Counted from the first letter of the stretch, positions 16,497 through 26,708 are shown. The stretch is 28,601 nt of DNA from Methanobacteriota archaeon (GCA_018650165.1 JABIGM010000003.1:1-28601); one strand, 5' to 3'. The notes: a model not told the origin generated them from the sequence alone. Numbers and translations are program-made.

Positions 16497-17498
16497 ATGA
16501 AGGCAAAATTGGAGTACATCTGGCTAGACGGATACAAACCAACACAAAATATGCGCAGTAAAACCCTAGTTCGCGACAAGTTTGAAGGACGTTTGGATGA
16601 ATGCCCAGTTTGGTGTTTTGACGGCTCGTCAACACGCCAAGCAGAAGGCGGAGACTCGGATTGTTTGTTACAACCAATAGCAATTTTTCCAGACCCAGAT
16701 CGAATTAACGGATACCTCGTAATGTGTGAAGTAATGAATGCAGACGGAACCCCACACGCTAGTAACGGAAGAGCAACAATTGATGATGATGACGAAGACT
16801 TTTGGTTCGGATTTGAACAAGAATATTTCATCATGGATGCCGAAACACAACTTCCAGTTGGATTCCCAATGGGGGGATATCCTGGGCCGCAAGGGCAGTA
16901 CTATTGTTCAGTCGGAGGAAAGAACACACACGGGCGCGCGTTTGTCGAACAACACGCAGATCTTTGCCTAGAAGCGGGAATAAACTTCGAAGGAATTAAC
17001 CAAGAAGTAGCATGCGGGCAGTGGGAATTCCAAGTATTTGCAAAAGGTGCAAAAAGAGCAGGCGATGAATTATGGGTCGCTAGATATCTACTAGATCGCC
17101 TAACCGAAGATTACGGATATTACATCGAATATCATCCAAAACCGGTTCAAGGCGATTGGAATGGTTCAGGAATGCATGCTAATTTTTCAAACACTGCAAT
17201 GCGTGAAAGCGGTAAAGAGGAAGTTTTCACCAAAATTTGTGAAGCCTTTGGAAAGAACATCAAGAAGCATATGGATGTTTATGGGGCGCACAATGAAATG
17301 CGCTTGACCGGTCTTCATGAGACCCAAGCATTTGATCAATTCTCATACGGAATTTCCGACAGAGGAGCATCAATTAGAATTCCAATTTCAACAATCGACG
17401 ATGGATGGAAAGGCCGACTTGAAGACCGCCGACCCTCTTCTAATGGAGACCCTTACAAGATTGGCGCAGTAATTATTTCAACTACAAAATCGGCTTAA
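16497..17498 (+). CDS. glnII: Glutamine synthetase type II
   Basis: 333 aa; EYIWLDG, FDGSST, FGFEQEY, GPQGQYYCSVG, GQWEFQV, HPKP...DWNGSGMHANFS, RLTGLHET, DRGASIRIP and EDRRPSSN. Confidence 0.95.
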   Translation: MKAKLEYIWLDGYKPTQNMRSKTLVRDKFEGRLDECPVWCFDGSSTRQAEGGDSDCLLQPIAIFPDPDRINGYLVMCEVMNADGTPHASNGRATIDDDDEDFWFGFEQEYFIMDAETQLPVGFPMGGYPGPQGQYYCSVGGKNTHGRAFVEQHADLCLEAGINFEGINQEVACGQWEFQVFAKGAKRAGDELWVARYLLDRLTEDYGYYIEYHPKPVQGDWNGSGMHANFSNTAMRESGKEEVFTKICEAFGKNIKKHMDVYGAHNEMRLTGLHETQAFDQFSYGISDRGASIRIPISTIDDGWKGRLEDRRPSSNGDPYKIGAVIISTTKSA

Positions 17499-17761
17499 GA
17501 ATCGAGACTTCTTCGAATTTTTACAACGCCAACAATTACTGACAAAATCATCAGTAGAGCTGCCAAGTTGCTGTAGACAATAGCGTTAGAGCCATCCATG
17601 ATTCCGTAAATTAGCCATAGTGTTAGTGCTAAAGCAACAACTGCAAAGGTAGGTAGAGAGACACCGTCGTGCCTTTTTTCTATCCAAACAGTCTTGACTT
17701 GAGGTATCCACGCTATGATGCCTAAGATTCCAGCCGAATAACCAATTATCTCTAACATCAT
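17495..17761 (-). CDS. SemiSWEET / PQ-loop family small transporter
   Basis: 88 aa, three TM helices, WIPQV (PQ) motif, GVSL...LWLIYG; ATGA overlap with the NERD stop. Confidence 0.82.
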   Translation of the reverse strand: MMLEIIGYSAGILGIIAWIPQVKTVWIEKRHDGVSLPTFAVVALALTLWLIYGIMDGSNAIVYSNLAALLMILSVIVGVVKIRRSLDS

Positions 17762-18579
17762 CCCCACTCTGCCCTTGGGTTACTAAACTCTATTTTAGCA
17801 ATATTTGCGAACGGTATAACGCGTGAACCATCTTCTCCAACAATAGAAATCAACGGCCCCGATTGATCGGTCACCACCTGTCCAGTAGACAACCTACTCT
17901 TCGGGCCGGCCAATAGACCCAAGATTCCAGTGTGTTCAATAGAACAATCCTTCTTTGCGAAAGGATACTTGAGAATATCCCCAAAGACACTCATTCCGCC
18001 GTTAAGATGAATTGTATCCCACGTGCCAAAGCCCATGAGGGTTTCATACAACTCTTTGGAAGGAGGCGATTTTTTCATATTTTGAACCATATTAATGAAT
18101 CCCATTTCATCATATGCTTCAGCAGGAACCTCTTCTGGCAATTTTTCCCATTCTAGATTTTTATTTGAAAAAACCAAAACGGTTCGACCCGGAGGCGCCG
18201 CTTTATCAGTTCGATTTTCATGTAAGTCGCAAAGGATATCGCCCTTTCTAGCAGTCCACGATACGATATTTTTGTGCATCAGCGTCGAGCCATTTTTACG
18301 TTTTTGAAAAAAACGCCCCTCGCTCGTAATGGTAAAGGAACCCGACCAGTGTTTTTGCTCAACGAATAGAATTTCATCCCCGGTTGCAATCACCATATCG
18401 ATTTCACGCCGCCCACCTTCTTCCGGGTCAGGAATTCTTATTCCTTCAAGAACCAAAGCCGAACCAGCAACAGCATTTGTTAATTTCATCAACCGAAATT
18501 CAGCCAACCGTCCCGAAACCACGTGACCCTCTGGGTCAAAACGTAATCTCCGTGAGAGAAATTCTCCAATGCGGCCCAA
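17758..18579 (-). CDS. NERD (nuclease-related domain) protein
   Basis: REIDMVIA...ILFVEQKHWSG matches the NERD EID...VEvKnwsG pattern. Confidence 0.8.
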   Translation of the reverse strand: MGRIGEFLSRRLRFDPEGHVVSGRLAEFRLMKLTNAVAGSALVLEGIRIPDPEEGGRREIDMVIATGDEILFVEQKHWSGSFTITSEGRFFQKRKNGSTLMHKNIVSWTARKGDILCDLHENRTDKAAPPGRTVLVFSNKNLEWEKLPEEVPAEAYDEMGFINMVQNMKKSPPSKELYETLMGFGTWDTIHLNGGMSVFGDILKYPFAKKDCSIEHTGILGLLAGPKSRLSTGQVVTDQSGPLISIVGEDGSRVIPFANIAKIEFSNPRAEWG

Positions 18580-18583
18580 GTTA

Positions 18584-19360
18584 TCACCTCAGCAATTCAT
18601 CAACCGATTCAACTACTACGGCTACAGCCTTCCCAGATTCTGACAAATCGGAACGCGTAGCTTCACCAGAAAGAACGAGAACAGAAACACAGTCTGCTTG
18701 AATTGCCATTTCCATATCAGTATAGAGGCGGTCTCCAACCATTGCACACTCGGAAGGCAACAGCCCCAAATCATCGATTTTATGCATAATCATACCAGGG
18801 TTTGGTTTTCCCGTAATATGCACAGGATCGTGCCCCGTGGTCACCTTAAGCATAGCAAGATATGCCCCCACATCAGGCAACCCCCCGTCAGGCGAAGGGC
18901 AAACCATATCTGGATGGCTAGCAACCAAAGGCACCCCTTTGTGCATATGTATCGAAGCGGTTGAAATTTTATTGTAATCGATTTCAGTATCATATCCTAA
19001 GACAACAAACTGAGGGCTTTCATCACGAGTGCTGATTCCAACATCTTCCATCATTTGGCACATCCCAGTAGTTCCAATCGTCCACGTGCGAGTAACATTA
19101 TTCTCCTTGAGCCACGATAGAAGGTCGTGTGTTGAAAGCAAGACATCTTCAGGGCTACAAGGAATACCCATTGCATTTAATTTAGCAACATATTGGTCTA
19201 CCGATCTCGAAGAATTATTTGATAAGAAATAGCGCCTAATACCACGCTCTTGACACCTTGATAAAAATTCAAGAGCTCCGGGAATCAAATTACCACCAAG
19301 GTAAATTGTACCATCTAAATCTAAGAAAACCGCTTTAATTCCAGATAATCGTTTGTCCAT
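18584..19360 (-). CDS. HAD-IIA family phosphatase (NagD-like)
   Basis: FLDLDGTIY, LSNNSSR, GKPNP and MVGDRLYTD; ATG 19360 after a GTGGTGG SD-like site (the ORF-track GTG 19402 lies inside the upstream gene). Confidence 0.92.
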   Translation of the reverse strand: MDKRLSGIKAVFLDLDGTIYLGGNLIPGALEFLSRCQERGIRRYFLSNNSSRSVDQYVAKLNAMGIPCSPEDVLLSTHDLLSWLKENNVTRTWTIGTTGMCQMMEDVGISTRDESPQFVVLGYDTEIDYNKISTASIHMHKGVPLVASHPDMVCPSPDGGLPDVGAYLAMLKVTTGHDPVHITGKPNPGMIMHKIDDLGLLPSECAMVGDRLYTDMEMAIQADCVSVLVLSGEATRSDLSESGKAVAVVVESVDELLR

Positions 19361-19371
19361 ATTTCCACCAC

Positions 19372-20694
19372 TTAAAACAAGAGAGTCTTCACCAAGAACC
19401 ACTTTGAATGAAGGTTTTCTTGGGCTTCCTTACTCGCAATCATTTCTGTCATCATTTCTTGAATAACAGGTTTACGACTGGCTTTCCCAACAAACCAATT
19501 GAGGATCCACTTTCTTCGACTCATCTTTTGCATTTTGTAAGAATTTGTCAGTTCCGGTCCTAACGCCGCCCACAATTCCTCTTGGTAAGCACGCCCCCCA
19601 ACATTGTCAATCACGTGTCTCGCCGCCATTTCACCACTCACAAGAGCATTACCAACACCCTCTCCAGAAAACGGGTCAACCAAACTAGCCGCGTCCCCAA
19701 CGAGTAGAGCACCAGGTGCATAAGCGCGACGCGGTTGGTTTTTCTCACCTTTCCTCGGGCTGCCGAAGGGCAATTGCCACCCCTTTCCAGTTCCCGGAAT
19801 CATTTCAGCATCAGCAAACCTTTCTTTGAATAGTGGGTGGTTTGCGATAACATCTGCCTGCAGTGGCTTAAGCTTCTTTCTTTGCTTATCCATCAATCCA
19901 AGCACCATTCCAATTCCAACATTCACTCGTCCTCCACCAAGAGGGAATAACCAGAAGTACCCAGGAATGATGCTATCTACGAAGTGGATTTCAATATTTC
20001 CAGCGTTACCTTCACACCCCTTGACACCAGTCCAATATTCACGATATCCTCCACAGTAATGCATCTTATCGACTAAATTCTCCTTTGCTAAGTCCTTGAC
20101 AACCTTTCGTGCAACAGGGCACTGATAGCCCCCTGCACCGATAGTCCAAGGCGCACTATAATTTCGAATTTCGCCCCGCTTACCACCGATTCCGATTTCA
20201 ACGCCAGTGATCACACCTTCGTTGTCATGAACGGCCGTTACAGCGGCCCCTTGAATGACAGACCCACCGTTTTCAAGAACCAATTCAGTTGCTCTTTCAA
20301 AGAGCAACCAATCAAAGTGCTGGCGGGGAAGAGAATATCCTGCTTCCATTTTTTCCACATCTTCCTCAGGTAGAGGAACAGTTACTTCACTACCGTTGGG
20401 CGCAGAAAAAACAATCCCAGTAACCCTGAAATGTGGAGTCTTCTCGAGTTTTGACTTAACTCCTAACGCATGGACGTGACCTAGAGATTTACCGCCAACG
20501 GCATCGCCGCACACCTTGTCTCTTGGCCAAACCCCCTTTTCCACTAATAGCACCCGTTTTCCTGCCATGGAGAGGTATGATGCGGCCGCTGAACCACCCG
20601 GCCCGCCGCCAACAACAATACAATCAAATTCAGAATTGGAAGGCGGAATTTCTCCTGTTGCGATGGGCTGGTCCCAAAACGCCATCTCCGCCAT
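19372..20694 (-). CDS. Geranylgeranyl reductase family FAD-dependent oxidoreductase
   Basis: VGGGPGGS, PRDKVCGD, PGYFWLFP and GDAASLVDPFSGEGVGNAL. Confidence 0.9.
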   Translation of the reverse strand: MAEMAFWDQPIATGEIPPSNSEFDCIVVGGGPGGSAAASYLSMAGKRVLLVEKGVWPRDKVCGDAVGGKSLGHVHALGVKSKLEKTPHFRVTGIVFSAPNGSEVTVPLPEEDVEKMEAGYSLPRQHFDWLLFERATELVLENGGSVIQGAAVTAVHDNEGVITGVEIGIGGKRGEIRNYSAPWTIGAGGYQCPVARKVVKDLAKENLVDKMHYCGGYREYWTGVKGCEGNAGNIEIHFVDSIIPGYFWLFPLGGGRVNVGIGMVLGLMDKQRKKLKPLQADVIANHPLFKERFADAEMIPGTGKGWQLPFGSPRKGEKNQPRRAYAPGALLVGDAASLVDPFSGEGVGNALVSGEMAARHVIDNVGGRAYQEELWAALGPELTNSYKMQKMSRRKWILNWFVGKASRKPVIQEMMTEMIASKEAQENLHSKWFLVKTLLF

Positions 20695-20814
20695 ATTTCA
20701 CTCACACACGACCTAGCACAAGAGCGTTGGCGCATTAATGGCCGGTAGAACGCATACAAGATTGACAAGTGCTTCCACCACCATCATCAAAAACGACACC
20801 GAAGAGCGAAGTAC

Positions 20815-21759
20815 ATGGTCACAAGGCGTCAAGCAGCAACTGGCCTATTTTTTGTAACTCTATTATGGGGGGGAACATTTGTTTGGATGAAACAAGCAAT
20901 GAATTCCTTAGAGCCAGAATTAGAAGAATATTCTACGGCGGGAGTAGTCGGTATAATCGTTGCATCTCGGTTTCTAATCGCCTTTGTTGCACTATTGCCT
21001 TTCTCTAGCCGGGCAAGAGGGGCCCTCTCATCTAAAGAAGATTGGAAAGGCGGCCTAGTTCTTGGCGGTTTGATGTTAGTCGGATTCGTCCTACAAATGA
21101 TAGGAATTGGCACAGTTACACCATCGGTATCAGCATTTTTAACGTCCCTATATGTTGTATTTACCGCAATATTGTCGGTGAAAATAAGTGATCGCAAACC
21201 AACAAGAATGATGATTGGAGGGGTATTGCTTGCAACACTTGGGGCCGGTTTCATCGATGGACCACCCCATATCATATGGGGAGCGGGGGAACTTCTTACA
21301 GTAATTTGTGCACTCTTCTTTGCCCTCCATATTATTTACACCGACTCAATTACAAAAAAGTTAGACCCCCTGGCAGTAACTTCAACATCATTTGCAGTTT
21401 TAGTTGTAGGCGCACTAATTTTTGGATTTGCATCATCGGGCGGATTTTCAGTAGCAAAAATCGTTTGGAGCGATGGAGTATTGGTTCCATTATTGTGTTT
21501 AGGTTTATTTGGCTCACTAGCTTGTATTCTGATGCTAAACGCATTCCAAAAATATCTCAATCCCACCCACGCAGCCATAATTTACTCATTCGAGCCAGTT
21601 TGGGCGACACTATATGGGTGGTATGAAGGTATGATTTCCGTATCTATTTGGCTTACAATGGGACTACTTTTACTGGCTGGAAACATAGTGGTGGAGTTAG
21701 GCGAATCAGCAAAAGACGAACCCCGTCTTATTGAAGAACCAGACTCTAAGCAAATATAG
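20815..21759 (+). CDS. DMT/EamA family transporter
   Basis: About 10 TM helices; LLWGGTFV, SVSAFLTSLYVVF, GELLT and AAIIYSFEPVWA motifs. Confidence 0.9.
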   Translation: MVTRRQAATGLFFVTLLWGGTFVWMKQAMNSLEPELEEYSTAGVVGIIVASRFLIAFVALLPFSSRARGALSSKEDWKGGLVLGGLMLVGFVLQMIGIGTVTPSVSAFLTSLYVVFTAILSVKISDRKPTRMMIGGVLLATLGAGFIDGPPHIIWGAGELLTVICALFFALHIIYTDSITKKLDPLAVTSTSFAVLVVGALIFGFASSGGFSVAKIVWSDGVLVPLLCLGLFGSLACILMLNAFQKYLNPTHAAIIYSFEPVWATLYGWYEGMISVSIWLTMGLLLLAGNIVVELGESAKDEPRLIEEPDSKQI

Positions 21760-21875
21760 AACGAAGCAACCGTTCGAGGGCTTGCAATACCACCAATTAT
21801 TATCAACTACTAAGCCCACACCTCCAAGCGAATTGTTGATGAAGGATAGTCATAATCAGTAGATTGGGGAAGGAC

Positions 21876-23045
21876 ATGTCCGACAATAGTAAATTTTCAA
21901 CAAAAGCAGTTCATGCGGGGACCCAGCACATCGATGGGGCAGTAAATACTCCAATTTTTCAATCATCTACTTACAAACTAACCGATGAAAGATACGCCGG
22001 TTGGGCCGCAGGTGCTCAACACACCCTTCTCTACGCTAGACTTTCGAGTGTAAATTCAGAAGCGGTAGTTGAAAAAATATGCGCCCTCGAAGGCGCAGAG
22101 GACGGAGAATTATTCGCTAGCGGCATGGCCGCAATCTCTACGACACTAATGGGGCTCTTATCCCAAGGGGATCACATAGTTGCTAGTTCAGATGTATATG
22201 GCGGGACCTATGGTTTGATGACTGAAGAATTACCAAGGTTTGGAATATCAACTACAATGGCCGATATGCAAGACCCAGCCTCCTACGAAGCCGCAATACA
22301 AAACAATACCAAAATCCTCTATATTGAGACAATTACAAACCCCGTTATCAAAATCTGTGATATCGAAGCAATGGCCGAAATTGCAAAACGTCACGATTTA
22401 CTATTGATTATCGATAACACATTCGCCTCTCCATGGGGGTGCCAACCAATTTCAATGGGGGCAGATTTGGTTATCCATTCCACTACCAAATATTTAGGCG
22501 GCCACTCAGATATTATCGGAGGCGCAGTAGTAGGGAGGGCTGATTTAATCGCTGCTATGTTTATGAAAAAGGTTCATTTTGGAGGGTCGCCGGACCCGCA
22601 TAACTGTTACCTTCTGGAGAGAGGAATTAGAACACTGGCCGCTAGGATGCCGATTCACTGCTCTAACGCGGCAGATATTGCAAAGCGCCTAGAAGGCCAC
22701 GAATTAATTGATTTAGTTCACCACCCAAGCCTACCTTCTCACCAAGATTATTCAGTAGCAAAGCGAATTATCCCCAAGGGGACAGGCATGATTGCATTCA
22801 CAGTCAAGGGCGGAGACGCAGCAGCTTTGAAATTCATGCGCGGCCTTGAAATTATCTTCGAAGCAACCAGTTTAGGCGGCGTTGAAAGTTTAGTAGAATG
22901 CCCATTTAATTCTAGTCACATGGGAATTCCCGAAGATGTTAGAATTGCTGCAGGGCTCGGAGCAGGATTTGTTAGAATCTCAATCGGAATTGAAGATGTA
23001 GAAGACCTTTGGTCGGATATTTCAGGTGCTTTGAACAAACTTTGA
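21876..23045 (+). CDS. PLP-dependent Cys/Met metabolism enzyme (cystathionine gamma-synthase/lyase or methionine gamma-lyase family)
   Basis: TPIFQSSTY, YARLS, FASGMAAI, ETITNP, DNTFASP, PLP-Lys HSTTKYLGGHSD, SLGGVESL and RISIGIED; ATG 21876 after GGGGAAGG. Confidence 0.92.
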   Translation: MSDNSKFSTKAVHAGTQHIDGAVNTPIFQSSTYKLTDERYAGWAAGAQHTLLYARLSSVNSEAVVEKICALEGAEDGELFASGMAAISTTLMGLLSQGDHIVASSDVYGGTYGLMTEELPRFGISTTMADMQDPASYEAAIQNNTKILYIETITNPVIKICDIEAMAEIAKRHDLLLIIDNTFASPWGCQPISMGADLVIHSTTKYLGGHSDIIGGAVVGRADLIAAMFMKKVHFGGSPDPHNCYLLERGIRTLAARMPIHCSNAADIAKRLEGHELIDLVHHPSLPSHQDYSVAKRIIPKGTGMIAFTVKGGDAAALKFMRGLEIIFEATSLGGVESLVECPFNSSHMGIPEDVRIAAGLGAGFVRISIGIEDVEDLWSDISGALNKL

Positions 23046-24725
23046 TTATGGCAACTCTTCGATTTGTCCGCAAGCGCCTCTAAGTGTTTCAAGAGCAGCC
23101 TTGTAATCAATATCTTCGCCACTAACCAGTGCCTGTCCTGCCTTCCACACACCAATGGCCGCAGGACTCCAAGCACCACCGCGCTCTCTAGCATCAGAAG
23201 AAAACTGCCACTCTTGACCAGAAGATTTTCCAGAAGCTACTAGCCACGCCCATGCCGAAGCCTCGGCATCGATACCGCCTTTCTTTGAAAGGGCATCTTT
23301 CTCTGCTTTACCAAGTCCATCAACCAACCCTCGAACTGTTAAGTCGTGAATCATTCCAACCGGGCCCGGGATTTTACCTATCTTATATGGGAATTTTTGA
23401 ATTATACCAGCCTTGGATCTTTGAGATTCAATATCTTTTAGGAATTTACCGAAAGCCCGCTTCTTATTACATTGTAATAACCACAATTCTTCCGCCTCCT
23501 CATCCTCAATCCCAATTTGTTTCAATCCATCAAGACCATGATCTTCCCACAACGACGACAACACATCATTACAAGAACTGGCAGATATTTCCAAAGCACT
23601 ACCTTCTCTTTCGTGAACCCCTCCTCTCTGTGAAATACGAATTCCAGAACCGGCAGCAGAAATCATTAATTTTAACGCCAATTCTTTTTCAGCTGCCGAA
23701 CCATTCAATTCTTTGACAGCCCCTTCGGCTGTATCGAACCATTTCTCACCGACAATAAAACCCTCGTCGAGGTGATGTAAAACAGCCATCTTAACTCGTT
23801 TAGCGATGGACCCTTCGTTAAGGGTAAGTCCAATCCACGCATCTAATACGCGGTCTAAAGAATCCCTAGTGGAACTTCTAGTAGCGCCCTCTGGATACCA
23901 AATCGCATCGGGCTCCATAACCGTTGAGAGATTTGGCGGAAGCATGGATAATGCCAGGTCGTGAATAAACGAAGTTTTTCCTTTTACAGTACTCAATTTG
24001 TCAAAACCAATCGCTACTTTATCTCCACTAATGAAATTCATCAATAAGTAACCCTCGCCAGTCATTTCATCCTTTGAAATACTATCAAAATCTAATCCTG
24101 CAGTTGCCCAGATATTTCCTTGGTTTTTGAAATCGAAACGCGAACGAAGTAGGACATCCCCGAGCCACCCATCAGGTATAGTCGGGACGGGCCCACTACA
24201 GACAAAACCTCCACGCCAAGAGAAGAAGAAGTAACCACGGCGCGCATGGTCTTCCCACGGCAGCATCCTAAGAGTTGGCATATGGAAATTTTGAATTCCC
24301 GCTTGGTATGCGACTTTCCCATCGCCTTTACGAACGAAGGATGCCTTACCAAACGATTGGTGACTATAGTCGCCCACCAAAGAAATCTCTTCATCATGAG
24401 CCGCCAACAAAGACCCAGCAAACGCTTTACCAACACCATCACCGCGCTTTGCCATCATTCTTTTCGCAAGCCACCGAGTATCATGGCGCTTATCGAGAAT
24501 TTTACGTAATTCGCGCAGCGTTTTTGTCACAGGATCGGTCCTACCCCATTTCAACTTACCAGTCCACGTCATTGCAGGCAACAATTGTTCCCCTTCTTCG
24601 AGCAACCGATCAAGATTTTTTCTCAAACGCTTTTGAGTATCGGAATTGGCTTGTTTTGTACCACGCATACGCATACGTTGCTGCTTTTTCCCAGGAAATT
24701 CAACTTGAGAAGGACCCGCCATCAA
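23046..24725 (-). CDS. Large hypothetical protein (559 aa)
   Basis: Long ORF with protein-like composition, 24 nt downstream of dph5, abutting the convergent gene; no motif recognised. Confidence 0.8.
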   Translation of the reverse strand: MMAGPSQVEFPGKKQQRMRMRGTKQANSDTQKRLRKNLDRLLEEGEQLLPAMTWTGKLKWGRTDPVTKTLRELRKILDKRHDTRWLAKRMMAKRGDGVGKAFAGSLLAAHDEEISLVGDYSHQSFGKASFVRKGDGKVAYQAGIQNFHMPTLRMLPWEDHARRGYFFFSWRGGFVCSGPVPTIPDGWLGDVLLRSRFDFKNQGNIWATAGLDFDSISKDEMTGEGYLLMNFISGDKVAIGFDKLSTVKGKTSFIHDLALSMLPPNLSTVMEPDAIWYPEGATRSSTRDSLDRVLDAWIGLTLNEGSIAKRVKMAVLHHLDEGFIVGEKWFDTAEGAVKELNGSAAEKELALKLMISAAGSGIRISQRGGVHEREGSALEISASSCNDVLSSLWEDHGLDGLKQIGIEDEEAEELWLLQCNKKRAFGKFLKDIESQRSKAGIIQKFPYKIGKIPGPVGMIHDLTVRGLVDGLGKAEKDALSKKGGIDAEASAWAWLVASGKSSGQEWQFSSDARERGGAWSPAAIGVWKAGQALVSGEDIDYKAALETLRGACGQIEELP

Positions 24726-24749
24726 CCACGCGGAGGCGCCATCCCCTGT

Positions 24750-25598
24750 TCACTTCTTCGTCCAACGCTTCAGTGCCAAAACCTCAACATCGCTAGGTTC
24801 AGCAGGGATAACTAAGCAATGGAGGCGACCAATAGGCTCCTTTGGTAAATCGTTAATCGAAAGATAAGAAATCCGTTCTTCAGAAGTGCCCATATCACTA
24901 CACAGGACAACCATCATTTCAGAAACACCATCGCAAATATCTTCACACGCCTGCCGCTTCAATACAGCGAGAGGCGAATCAATTTCAAAATCATTTAGAA
25001 TCGAACTTAATTTTTCAGCCATGCCGATAATTGCAGTGGCTGCATCTACAGGTTGCATGGGCCTCTGGCCACCAACGCCTTCGCCAGTGGGGTCTAAATC
25101 TAACAGGGCCAGGGTGTGAAGGCCCTGGATCCTATTCAATGCAATCACTTCTAATGGCGAAGTAGCGATCCAACCGCCGTAAGGATATGTTAGGGTGGTT
25201 TGCCGCCCAAATCGGTAATTCGACAAACCAACAGCCCCGGTTACCAAACCAGTGATTGAAACGCCATGGATTACAGAACAGTCCACACCCGCTTCCCCAG
25301 CTTGTAATTGCAAATCGACATGTGTAGTCGCTTGCAAAGGGTCTCCAACAATTAGTAGTGCAACCACACTCTGTTTAGCAAGCGCAAGCAATTCAACAGG
25401 CTCTTCGACCTCAGGGCGCATCACGCGATGGATTTGGCCAATTTCATTTTCGAGAACGGTAAGGTCTTCGGCGTTCCACAAAGCAGTATAGGCCTCATAA
25501 CGCCTAAAGTCAGCATTTTTTGCAGCATTAATCGCAGCACGAGTCATCCCACCGATGCCTCCTGGGCCAATTCCGATTAGTATCAAACCAGCCGCCAT
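24750..25598 (-). CDS. dph5: Diphthine synthase
   Basis: MAAGLILIGIGPG, EAYTA, GDPLQATTH, IHGVSI, LSNYRFGRQTTL and LHTLALLD; ATG 25598 with an AGGTGG SD (ORF-track start 25712 overlaps the divergent gene). Confidence 0.92.
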   Translation of the reverse strand: MAAGLILIGIGPGGIGGMTRAAINAAKNADFRRYEAYTALWNAEDLTVLENEIGQIHRVMRPEVEEPVELLALAKQSVVALLIVGDPLQATTHVDLQLQAGEAGVDCSVIHGVSITGLVTGAVGLSNYRFGRQTTLTYPYGGWIATSPLEVIALNRIQGLHTLALLDLDPTGEGVGGQRPMQPVDAATAIIGMAEKLSSILNDFEIDSPLAVLKRQACEDICDGVSEMMVVLCSDMGTSEERISYLSINDLPKEPIGRLHCLVIPAEPSDVEVLALKRWTKK

Positions 25599-25635
25599 GC
25601 TCAAACCACCTGCTCCTGTGGGCTTGGCGAAGACT

Positions 25636-26667
25636 ATGCGCCATTTGAGCGTGCCGAGCAAAGAAACCTCTCTTTGGAGAGAGAAATTAGCCAGTAACGG
25701 CTGGCTTGCCAATGGGTGTGGAATTCACAATCTCGGAGAGATGCGCGCTATAGCGCTGAACGACAGGGCTCCCCTCGAAATCGAACCCTTTGAGATAATA
25801 GAATTAGAAGCGATTAGGCCAACTCCTAAGCATTGGACAGAACGCCTAGACGCGCAATTGTATAAACTACATGAATCGGACTGGCCAATGAGCCATGACC
25901 AAATTGGCGATGTAATAGTTGTAAAAATACCGCCGCAGATAACTTCGTTTTCAAAAGAAATTGGTAATGCATTACTCGAACAACATTCGAATGCACGCAT
26001 CATATGCGCGGATAATGGGGTCAAGGGCAAATTCCGCGTTAGGGACTTGACTATGATTGCCTGCAACGGGTTGGCGACGACCAGAACACAAGTCAAAGAA
26101 AACGGAAACCAGTTTTGGGTAGACCCGGGCGCTGCATACTATTCACCTCGTCTAGCCAATGAAAGGTCCACCACAATTGATTGTGCTGCAAATCTCTCTT
26201 CAACCCTAGGGCGAAAAATTTCGGTATGTGACCCATATGCAGGAGTGGGCCCCGCACTAGTCCCCCTTGCGAAAAGAGGAGATATTATCGAGACCATTTT
26301 TGGAAGCGATCTAAACCCCAAGGCTGTAAATCTTCTCGAACTAAACCTTCCAGGACATTGGACAGGGTGTATTGATGCCAGAGAACTATCGTCCGAGCTT
26401 GGAGAATGCTGCGATTTACTTCTGGTTAACCTACCTCATGATTTTATCAGCCATCTACCGGAGTTACTTGGATTGTTACAAAGAGGCCACGAAGTTGTCA
26501 TCAGAGGCTGGGCAATCCTCTCACTAGAGTCTCTAGATAATGCCGAGATACAGATACGAGACGTACTCTCAACCTGTGAGATCATATCGTTATCATTAGA
26601 GCCAAACCGCTCATATTCACCCAACGATACTTACGCCTGTATTGAAGTGCATCTTGTCATAGAATAG
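25636..26667 (+). CDS. Trm5/Met-10+ family SAM-dependent tRNA methyltransferase
   Basis: DQIGDVIVV, KGKFRVR, ENG...YYSPRLANER, SAM motif DPYAGVGP, DLNP and VNLP. Confidence 0.85.
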   Translation: MRHLSVPSKETSLWREKLASNGWLANGCGIHNLGEMRAIALNDRAPLEIEPFEIIELEAIRPTPKHWTERLDAQLYKLHESDWPMSHDQIGDVIVVKIPPQITSFSKEIGNALLEQHSNARIICADNGVKGKFRVRDLTMIACNGLATTRTQVKENGNQFWVDPGAAYYSPRLANERSTTIDCAANLSSTLGRKISVCDPYAGVGPALVPLAKRGDIIETIFGSDLNPKAVNLLELNLPGHWTGCIDARELSSELGECCDLLLVNLPHDFISHLPELLGLLQRGHEVVIRGWAILSLESLDNAEIQIRDVLSTCEIISLSLEPNRSYSPNDTYACIEVHLVIE

Positions 26668-26708
26668 CCGCCGCTGATTTCATCAATGACAACGGTTTAC
26701 CCCCATAC

